Source of the DNA: an uncultured delta proteobacterium
GTDB lineage: Bacteria; Desulfobacterota; Binatia; UBA9968
Length of the DNA stretch: 64,000 nt
Direction of reading: 5' to 3'
Assembly (NCBI GenBank): GCA_963816145.1
Contig: CAWFJP010000014.1
Span: 256,001 to 320,000, forward strand
Shown: positions 56,303-64,000 of the stretch, one piece after another
Position numbering within the stretch: the first letter of the stretch is position 1
How the letters are laid out: each line of letters starts with the position of its first letter
Notes under the pieces: model-generated
Told to the model about the DNA's origin: nothing
The model's input: the letters and a program-made list of their open reading frames with translations, nothing else
Databases searched by the model: none
Position numbers and translations under genes: made by a program

Positions 56303-58171
56303 CTAGCGCCGGGAGCCGAGGTTAGTTTTGAAAGCGCTGGTGCCGTCGCCTCGTTTGACGACGATGGTTACTTGTGCAGCGGGCTTTTGAGTTCCCAGTG
56401 CGTCGGTGAGGTCTTCGATATTGCTGATCCTTGTGTCGGCTAATTGAACAATCACATCACCTTCGCGCAGGCCCGCAGCGGCGGCCGGGCTGCCCGGCGC
56501 CACGCCAGCGAGAAGCACACCATCAACAGTTCTGTTGTATTCGGGAATGATTCCCAAATAAACGCCGGCGCCGTACCGCTCGCCGGTTTCAGAGGTCGGA
56601 GGGCGCGATGGCAGGCTGACGAAGTTGGGCGCTTCGGGGAGAGCCGCAATGGCCAGCGCCGACATGAGCACCAGATCGCCAATTTGCGCCATGCCCGGGT
56701 AATTGAGTTTGTCCCAGGTGTCTCCCGGCCGATGGTAATCGGGATGGCTGCCGGTGAAGAAATGCAGCACGGGAATCTGTTTATTATAAAAAGACAGGTG
56801 ATCGCTGGGACCGACGCCGTCGGGCAGGTTGGTTTGCAACCCCAGCTGCTTAGCACCGCTGCCGACAATGGTATCGAAGGGCGGCGCCGAGCGCACGCCG
56901 AAGATGGTGACCCGGTCGTCGCGCAGCCGCCCGACCATGTCGAGATTGATCATGCTTTTGATCCTACCGAGCTGCGGCCAGCTGCTGACAAAATGGCGGG
57001 AGCCATAAAGTCCCAGTTCCTCCGCGGAAAAGGCGACGAAGAGGATGGATCGTGCCGGTTTGGGCTCGATTTGGCTTAACCGGCGCGCCACCTGGAGCAG
57101 CACCGAAGTGCCGGAAGCGTTATCGTCGGCGCCGTGATGAATCATGCCTGCGGCACTCTGATCGCGCGCGCCATAGTAACCGAGACCCAAGTGGTCGTAG
57201 TGGGCGCCGATGACGAGGTATTCCTTCCCACCCGCTGGCTCTCTGCCGGGAAGAATCCCGACGACATTTTCGGCGCGCTCGCGTTCCTCTTCCAGGGTCA
57301 CTTGAATCGACAGCTTGTTGCCAGTCAATGCCATTGACGCCGGCTTTTCTTCGCGGTCGATTTGGTCTTTCAGATCCTTTAGGGATACGCCTTGCGCCGC
57401 GAACCAGTTCTCGACGGCTTGCCGTTTGATTTGCGCCGCGACTAGGCTGTTACCGCTCCGCCACAGGCTGCTGCGCAACGACATGAGCTCGGCCTTGGCT
57501 TCTCCCCGGTTGTTCATGTCGACGACAATCATGCCACTGGCGCCATGATTGCGGGCGTTGTTGGCCTTGGTGCGGAGCGCGGCGTAGGTCGAGAAGTCGG
57601 GCGATTTTCTAAACGGGCTCTGATCGTTCTTGGGCGGCGGCTCGTAGCGCAGCACGATGACGATCTTACCCTTCGCGTCGATGCCGGCGTAGTCGTCATA
57701 GCCGTAATCTTTCGCGGTGATGCCATAGCCGGCAAACACAGCTTCGCCCTCGGCCAGGCCCGATGACGAAAGGCCGAGGGGCAGCCAATCCTCGTCCAAC
57801 CTTAGCGCCGGCCCTTGGCCGAGAGTCAAACTGCTAGGCGCTTTCACTTTTACGCCAACCGCGACCTCGAAGCTTTGGAGATAGCTGTTGTTATCACCGC
57901 CGGGAACGAGTCCGTATTTGGCGAATTCCGCTGCGAGATAGTCCCGCGCTGCCGCGATGCCCGGTGTGCCAACGCCGCGGCCGCTGCGTTCCGGTGCTGC
58001 CAGGAACTTCGCATGGGCCGACAACTCGTCGGTCGCTGTCGGCTCCTGGCCCGACAGTTCCCAAGGGCGGGTGGCAAGTCCGAATAGCGTCGCTAGAATT
58101 ACGGCGATGGCGGCAATCACAGCGCGGCGTTGCAGTAGCGGTCGGCGATGGTGTTGCATACGGAGACACAA
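56303..58171 (-). CDS. M28 aminopeptidase with PA and PDZ domains
   Basis: GAHYDH, GADDNASG, AEELGL, NLDM, SDH, DYH; C-terminal PDZ. Confidence 0.92.
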   Translation of the reverse strand: MCLRMQHHRRPLLQRRAVIAAIAVILATLFGLATRPWELSGQEPTATDELSAHAKFLAAPERSGRGVGTPGIAAARDYLAAEFAKYGLVPGGDNNSYLQSFEVAVGVKVKAPSSLTLGQGPALRLDEDWLPLGLSSSGLAEGEAVFAGYGITAKDYGYDDYAGIDAKGKIVIVLRYEPPPKNDQSPFRKSPDFSTYAALRTKANNARNHGASGMIVVDMNNRGEAKAELMSLRSSLWRSGNSLVAAQIKRQAVENWFAAQGVSLKDLKDQIDREEKPASMALTGNKLSIQVTLEEERERAENVVGILPGREPAGGKEYLVIGAHYDHLGLGYYGARDQSAAGMIHHGADDNASGTSVLLQVARRLSQIEPKPARSILFVAFSAEELGLYGSRHFVSSWPQLGRIKSMINLDMVGRLRDDRVTIFGVRSAPPFDTIVGSGAKQLGLQTNLPDGVGPSDHLSFYNKQIPVLHFFTGSHPDYHRPGDTWDKLNYPGMAQIGDLVLMSALAIAALPEAPNFVSLPSRPPTSETGERYGAGVYLGIIPEYNRTVDGVLLAGVAPGSPAAAAGLREGDVIVQLADTRISNIEDLTDALGTQKPAAQVTIVVKRGDGTSAFKTNLGSRR

Positions 58172-58286
58172 CCTAGCAGTTTGCCGCGTGAATGTCGCCA
58201 GTCCGGTATCGCATGGTGACTTTTGCGGGCGCGGCTCTGAAGTGTTATAAGAGCGTCAATCTAACACCGCATGGAGGATATTGAAG

Positions 58287-58520
58287 ATGGCGACTTCTGT
58301 AGTTGTCTACACCCAGCCCGGCTGAGGGCCCTGTCATAAAGAGGTAGAGTTTCTATCTCAAAAGGGCGTTCAATTCGTCGAGAAAAATGTTCGCGCCGAT
58401 AAAGCTGCGATGAAAGAGCTGATCGATCAAGGGTTTCAAAGCACCCCCGTGACGATTATTGACGGGCAATCGGTGGTGGGCTTCGATCAATTGAAGATCA
58501 TGGAGCTGCTCGGATTGTAA
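58287..58520 (+). CDS. Selenocysteine-containing glutaredoxin/NrdH-redoxin (UxxC)
   Basis: MATSVVVYTQPG-U(TGA 58323)-GPCHKEVEFLSQKGV...STPVTIIDGQSVVGFD; GGAGG RBS; not in ORF track. Confidence 0.85.
58328..58367 (+). promoter_or_regulatory. Putative bacterial SECIS element
   Basis: GCCCT..GAGGTAGA-GTT-TCTATCTC..AGGGC stem-loop just 3' of the in-frame UGA, G in apical loop. Confidence 0.65.
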
Positions 58521-58621
58521 TTTGTCAGTTCGATCGGATGACCGCACGAACCGATCGGCTTCGGCGCGGCATCTCGATCAGCGCATGAATAGTTGTTGCG
58601 CCAACCCAGAATTAGCAGGAT

Positions 58622-59325
58622 TTATTTCACCTGCGCCTTCCAGCCCGAAGAGCTGAGCATCCTCCCGGTGACGCCCTTTGATTCGTCCGACGCCAAGTAG
58701 ACGAATACGTCGGTTACCGATTCAGGTTTGCTGCCGTTGAATCCGGTCAGCTTTGTCGCGACGTAACCCGGCTCCACGGAATTGACTCGGATATTCGCCG
58801 AACGGACTTCGGCGGCCAAGGTTTGGGAAAATCCTTCCAGTCCCCACTTCGAGGTCGCATAGGCCAAAAAATTTGCATAGGCGCCGCGGCCGATCATCGA
58901 CGAGACATTGATGATTGAACCGCTCTTTTGCTTCATCATGATAGGCAGCACCGCCTGGGTGATGAGAAACGGCCCGCGCAGGTTGACTGCGATGGTGTAG
59001 TCCCATTTTTTGACATCGATCTCAATCGTCGGCGCAGGCCGGGTCATGACCCCGGCGTTGTTGACCAGCACATCGATGCGGCCAAATTTCTTGTGCGCGT
59101 TGACGACGAAATTCTTCGTACCGGCTCTTCGAGCGACACATCGCAGCTCCAGCCCTCGGCGTCGACATTCATAGCACGCAATTCTTTGACGGTTTGCTCG
59201 AGTTCGGCGGCGGTGCGCGCGCAGAGCGCGAGCTTGGCGCCTTCGCGGCCGTAGTGTATGGCGATGGCTTTGCCGATGCCGCGGCCGCCGCCGGTGATCA
59301 GGATGACTTTTTCTTTGAGTTTCAT
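58622..59325 (-). CDS. SDR-family oxidoreductase (frameshift near 59118)
   Basis: TGGGRGIG, VNNAG, YATSK in two frames. Confidence 0.85.
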
Positions 59326-59457
59326 CTGCGGTTCCTTGTCTGCCGATTTCCAAAGCATGGCCGGATATTAGCTGTTTTTCGCCTGGGAAACCAAGATTAG
59401 GCTTGAGGCGGGAGGCGCGAGGCGATAGTAAGAAAGGCGCCGAGAGAGGAGCCGAGC

Positions 59458-60340
59458 ATGGATGTTCTAAGTACCACCGGATATAATCGCAGGCCGCCAC
59501 ATTTGGTGGCTCTGTACAAAGGGTTTTTCGCCAAGGAGGGCCTCGAAGTGCGATTTCACGAGACCACCTACGCGCCGGATCACAACAAAGGCATGGCCGA
59601 AGGGCGTTGGGATTTTACGCTCAGCAGCGCCGACACGATGATCGCGCGCACCACCACCGACGGCGTCGATTACATGCTATTCATGCAGGCCGAAGAAGGC
59701 TTGAGCGCCTACCTGATCGGCCAGCCGGATTACGATTCACTCGACAAGCTGCGCGGCAAGTTGCTCGCCGGCGATCCGGGCGACTCCAATCTCGATCTGA
59801 TCCGTAAGAAAATTCTCCGCAAACATGGCATCGACGACACCGAGTACGACATTGAAATTATCGGCAGCTCGCCGGTGCGCTTGGAGGCGTTTCTGCAGCG
59901 GCGCGTGGTTGCCGCCATGTTGACGCCGCCAGCTTCGGACAACGCGTTGGCCGCCGGCGGTATTCTACTCGCCAGCGGCGACGATTATGTGCCCGGGCTG
60001 GCCGCTTACCTGCGGGTGGACGCTGCGACCCTGGCTGTTGGAGCATCGCGAGCTGGTCGTGCGGTTCATTCGCGCTTGGGCGGCGGCAACCGATTGGATG
60101 CTGCAACCGGACCACAAGGAAGAGACCTTGCAGCTTTCGATGGACAAGGAAAGGCTTAATCGCCAGGCGGCGGAAATTGCTTATGCCAAAGTCGTTCCCC
60201 AAGCGCGCATCAATCCGGCGGCGATCCAAACCGTCATCGAGCTGCGTAAAGAGATGGGCGTGTACAAACCGCCATTCGCGCCGCCAGAGCGATTTTACGA
60301 CGATAGCTTTTGGCGCGAGGCGACTGAAGGACAGGCTTGA
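59458..60340 (+). CDS. NMT1/THI5-like ABC substrate-binding protein (frameshift near 59995)
   Basis: KGFFAKEGLEV; second frame has LVVRFIRA and ERFYD. Confidence 0.8.
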
Positions 60341-60401
60341 GGCTTGCGGCGAGAGTCAGATAGGCAATGGAAAACCCAGCGTCCCGCCTTCAACTTATTC
60401 T

Positions 60402-60740
60402 TTACGTTAACAGCGAGCGCAGGATCATGCCGACGATACTCATGACGATGGCGCCGAAGAAGGCGGACCAGAATCCGGCGACGGCAAAGCCCGGAACCAG
60501 GTAGGCGGCGAGCATCAGCATCAGGGCGTTGATGACAAGTAGGAAAATTCCCAGTGACAGAATCGTGACGGGAAAGGTGACGATCTTGATTATGAAACCG
60601 ACCGTGGCATTGACCAGGCCGATCACCAGCGGCGCGATCAAAGTTGGACCGATGCCTTCGACGCGGATTCCCGGGATCACATAGGCGACGACGACCAAGC
60701 TGATGGCGCTGATGGCCCAATGAACCATTAAATTCCACAT
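60402..60740 (-). CDS. YvlD / 4-TM phage-holin-family membrane protein
   Basis: GLVNA, P..ILSLG.F..INA, GFWSAF. Confidence 0.85.
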   Translation of the reverse strand: MWNLMVHWAISAISLVVVAYVIPGIRVEGIGPTLIAPLVIGLVNATVGFIIKIVTFPVTILSLGIFLLVINALMLMLAAYLVPGFAVAGFWSAFFGAIVMSIVGMILRSLLT

Positions 60741-60858
60741 AGTGTCTTAGGGCATAGCAAAGCTTGGCCAATATCTCAAGGAAGTTTCTTGAATTACCCT
60801 TGCGAGACTCAATCGAGAATGTAAAATGGGCCAACGCACGTAAGGAGGCATTAACGTC

Positions 60859-61878
60859 ATGTCAAAGCAGGAACTCGAAAGCGTCGCTCAAGCGATGGTA
60901 GCGAAAGGTAAAGGCATTCTCGCCGCCGATGAGAGCATGGGCACGATCAAGAGGCGTTTCGACAGCATCAAGATCGATTCCAACGAGAATAATCGCCGCG
61001 CTTACCGTGAGATGCTCTTTACCACCAAGGGTCTTGAAGAAGCGGTCAGCGGCGTGATCCTGTTCGACGAAACCTTGCGCACCGCGGCCAGTGACGGCAC
61101 GCCGTTCTCGCAGGTTCTGTCGAAGAAGGGCATCATGCCCGGAATCAAAGTCGACAAAGGCCCGGTGGCCATTCCCGGCTTCCCCGGCGAGACCGTGACC
61201 GAGGGCCTCGACGGACTTCGCGCGCGGGTGAAAGAATATCGCGAGTTGGGCGCCAAGTTCGCCAAATGGCGCGCCGTGATTACCATCGGTGACGGCATCC
61301 CGACCTACACCTGCTTGCAGGCCAACGCCCACGCGCTGGCGCGCTACGCCGCGCTGTGTCAGGAAGGCGGCATTGTGCCGATCGTCGAGCCGGAAGTGCT
61401 GCTCGACGGCAATCATACGATCGAACGCTGCGAGGAAGTCACCGAAGAGACTCTGCGCGTCACCTTTTCGACGCTGATGGAGCAGCGGGTTCATCTCGAA
61501 GGCATGATTCTCAAACCGAGCATGGTGGTGTCGGGCAAGGACAATTCGCGCCAGGCTGGCGTCGACGAAGTCGCCGAACGGACAATCCGCTGCTTGAAGC
61601 GCACCGTGCCCGGAGCGGTCCCTGGCATCGCGTTTCTCTCCGGCGGTCAAAGCGCCGTGAGTGCCACCGAACACTTAAACAAGATGAATCAGATGGGCCC
61701 CCATCCCTGGCAGGTGAGTTTCTCCTTCGCCCGGGCGCTGCAAGATCCAGCACTCAAAGCCTGGAAAGGCGAGCCGGGCAACGTCGCCGCGGCGCAGAAG
61801 GTTTTTTACCATCGCGCCAAGATGAACGGCGCGGCGCGCAGCGGCAGCTACACCCAGGCGATGGAAGCGGCGGCGTAG
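60859..61878 (+). CDS. Fructose-bisphosphate aldolase class I
   Basis: GKGILAADES, GIKVDKG, AKWR, PIVEPE, FLSGGQS, SFARALQ. Confidence 0.96.
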   Translation: MSKQELESVAQAMVAKGKGILAADESMGTIKRRFDSIKIDSNENNRRAYREMLFTTKGLEEAVSGVILFDETLRTAASDGTPFSQVLSKKGIMPGIKVDKGPVAIPGFPGETVTEGLDGLRARVKEYRELGAKFAKWRAVITIGDGIPTYTCLQANAHALARYAALCQEGGIVPIVEPEVLLDGNHTIERCEEVTEETLRVTFSTLMEQRVHLEGMILKPSMVVSGKDNSRQAGVDEVAERTIRCLKRTVPGAVPGIAFLSGGQSAVSATEHLNKMNQMGPHPWQVSFSFARALQDPALKAWKGEPGNVAAAQKVFYHRAKMNGAARSGSYTQAMEAAA

Positions 61879-61921
61879 GTTCATCTGCAACTGCGCAGAT
61901 TCGGTCCCGACTAGGCAGCAT

Positions 61922-61968
61922 TCGGTCATCCCGCGTTTCACGAAGCGTTGGGATGGCCGAGTTTTTTT
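61922..61968 (+). terminator. Rho-independent terminator after aldolase
   Basis: tcggtcatccc...gggatggccga followed by T-run. Confidence 0.8.
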
Positions 61969-62368
61969 CTGTCACGACAGGAAAGAGTTGAATCCGGGTC
62001 CTGTTGCGGTATTGGCAAAGATCGAGGCGAAAGCCTTCTTAGCGAAGATAAACCCGTGCGCCTGATAGCGGGCAGCGTTAAGCGGTAGGGGAGGCGTGTA
62101 TCAGAGTGTTGAGCGATGGACCGCTAGTTTAAACGAATGGCTTTGCAACCGAACGCTTGAGCGTCTACGCTCCTTTCGATTTGCGCCCAACTCCGCGCCG
62201 ATCTTCGCTCGTGGTGCAGATTGCGGGCTGCATGCTTCGCGCGTTTAACGGACTGATTGAGATCGACCTGTTTGCATGCTATTGGCTTCGCTCAATTGTC
62301 GCCGATCAATAATTATGATGCCGTTCGCAAGACAGAGTGTCGCTCTCAAGGAGTTTTGAATTACTCTT

Positions 62369-63421
62369 ATGGACGTCATCGCATTGGAATCGAGGACCTC
62401 GCCCCGCCGGTGGCTTATATGGGTCGCCGTAGCGGTAATTACGATAACTTCGGTGGCCGGTATTCGCACGCTACTGCGTTGGTGTAACGAAAGCCATCGA
62501 GCGGTTGAGCTTTTGAACCGGCTCGAAGGCGAAGTTAATTATCTCAGCGCGCTGGAGTGGGAATCGATGGCGCGCAAAACTGTCTCCGAAGAAGTGCGCG
62601 AACTGCAGTTTTCCACGCAGCAAGAGATCGCGCAAGTTCTAGGCGATCTCGAACGTCTGATCGGCCCTGGCGGTATTACCGAGGTGCGTCGCCTCTATCA
62701 AACCTATGTCCGCTATAGCGATGAACAGTTCCGGTTTATCGAACAAAAGCGCTACGTCGAGGCTCAACGGGTCGACGAAGAGAAGATCAATCCGACGTAC
62801 AGCACTCTGCTCGGCCTGATGAATTCACTGCGCGAACTTCACACGCAATCGGGGCATCGAACCATGCTGTTGGTCGATATTGGTATCTCCGCGGTTCTCC
62901 TATTGGCGGCGTTCTCCGTGGCTATGTTGTTTTCGCTATTCGAGCACAGCCAGCGGATGAAGCAAGTGCTATTGGTCGAACAGAATGCGCTGCGCAAAAG
63001 TGAGAGTCGCTTTCGTTCGCTAGTGCAAAACTCTTCCGACGTGATTGCAATCCTCAATCCGCTGCCGGCGACGTTCACTTTTCTTAGTGAGTCCGTGCGC
63101 CGGGTTCTAGGCTACCAGCCCGATCAATTGATCGGCGCCGATATCAGCAAAATGATTCACCCCGACGATAGCGCGACGCTGCAACGATTTCTTGCCAATT
63201 GCGCTTACAGCAACGGCCTGACTCACGCAGCCGAGCTGCGTTTGCGGCGCAGTGACAGCCAGTGGACAATTATTGAGATGTTTGGTGACAATCGCGTCGG
63301 GGATCCTGATGTCGGCGGTATCGTTATCAACTTTCGCGACGTCTCGGAGAGGCGCCAGATCGAGGCGGCATTGAGCCAAGAAGGATATGAGTTCGATCCG
63401 GCGGATCGCAAGCTGCACTGA
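62369..63421 (+). CDS. Two-TM sensor with helical periplasmic domain and PAS domain, no output domain
   Basis: SESRFRSLVQNSSD, IHPDD, RDVSERR, then stop. Confidence 0.8.
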   Translation: MDVIALESRTSPRRWLIWVAVAVITITSVAGIRTLLRWCNESHRAVELLNRLEGEVNYLSALEWESMARKTVSEEVRELQFSTQQEIAQVLGDLERLIGPGGITEVRRLYQTYVRYSDEQFRFIEQKRYVEAQRVDEEKINPTYSTLLGLMNSLRELHTQSGHRTMLLVDIGISAVLLLAAFSVAMLFSLFEHSQRMKQVLLVEQNALRKSESRFRSLVQNSSDVIAILNPLPATFTFLSESVRRVLGYQPDQLIGADISKMIHPDDSATLQRFLANCAYSNGLTHAAELRLRRSDSQWTIIEMFGDNRVGDPDVGGIVINFRDVSERRQIEAALSQEGYEFDPADRKLH

Positions 63422-63703
63422 TCCCCGTGGTCGCTCGGGTCGTGCCGATTGGTGGCGACCAACCGCATGTCGAGTGGCCTCTGTGTAGTCTCCGCCCGCC
63501 CGACTATGGGTGAACGGTCAATAACGATCTCTGCCGGTTTAACAGATTACGAACAGATCGCTCGATTGCCAGCAGCGAGATTGGCCTGGCGGCGTACTGC
63601 GCGCAACTCTTATATCTTGCTGGAAACTTTTACTGACGAGTGTTTTTTCTGACAACTTCGATCCGGCATTTTGGCGTAATCGACAGTCCACCCGAGGTCA
63701 TGC

Positions 63704-64000
63704 ATGAGCCGTACTTCCTCATTCCATCGCTTCGTTCGCGCCGTTCGGATCGGCAATTATTGTAAAGATCAAACTTTGCCGACTCGTGAAGGGGCAGAAC
63801 AGCTGGCGTATTTACAATCCCAGCGCGCTCTGACGCGTCGGCAGTTTCTTGCCGATGTTGGTAAACTGGCCAGTGCCGGCGCGGTCGCCACCATGCTCGA
63901 CCCGTGGTCTCGTGTATTTGCCGCGCCGACAGCGCCGCAGGTCAGCGTTGGTATTGTTGGCGCGGGTTTGGCGGGTCTCGCCTGTGCAAATGAGTTAAGG
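63704..64000 (+). CDS. FAD-dependent oxidoreductase (monoamine oxidase-like) with Tat motif; partial
   Basis: Manual translation: TRRQFL twin-arginine motif, IVGAGLAGLACA Rossmann motif; runs off window. Confidence 0.85.
   Translation, partial: MSRTSSFHRFVRAVRIGNYCKDQTLPTREGAEQLAYLQSQRALTRRQFLADVGKLASAGAVATMLDPWSRVFAAPTAPQVSVGIVGAGLAGLACANELR

Noticed and set aside
60402-60740. Holin-family gene as evidence of a prophage
   Set aside because: YvlD-type 4-TM proteins are common chromosomal genes and no phage genes are nearby.
62010-62085. Possible c-di-GMP-I riboswitch (GGCAAA...GAAA hairpin) upstream of the PAS sensor
   Set aside because: Has a GAAA-capped stem but lacks the following GACGCAAA and a convincing second stem; needs an Infernal scan.

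Overview
Mostly core chromosome of a GC-rich bacterium. Gene content (carD-ispD, split gcvPA/PB, DUF1844, moeB-thrC-moaD-cysM-NIL, LLM, dioxygenase and NMT1-type genes) suggests a deltaproteobacteria-like lineage, possibly Ca. Binatia; this is inference only. About 60 CDS are readable, including sfsA (partial), a Mo-hydroxylase large subunit, pncA, gdhA, efp, coaE, grxC, rimI, carD, ispD, larE, cysK, a DegP/DegQ protease, PBP1b, tsaD, rsmA, mutM, folD, gcvTHP, an ECF sigma/anti-sigma pair, pcs and a class I aldolase. Main points: (1) a ~5.6 kb, visibly more AT-rich, integrase-less island at the 3' end of tRNA-Cys. It encodes a GT2 glycosyltransferase fused to what looks like a degenerate RepB-type primase fold, translationally coupled to an FkbH-carrier protein fusion and followed by a decayed GT1; this is the best candidate for an undescribed system. 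(2) A 77-aa UxxC selenocysteine glutaredoxin with a SECIS-like hairpin, absent from the ORF track. (3) A ferredoxin-linker-membrane-alpha-crystallin-like fusion. (4) A family of ~9-bp-periodic palindromic repeats, one of them nested. (5) A run of frameshifts at 50-60 kb that most likely reflects assembly indels and creates a spurious MoeB-ThrC fusion. All domain calls come from motif recognition by eye; no searches were run.
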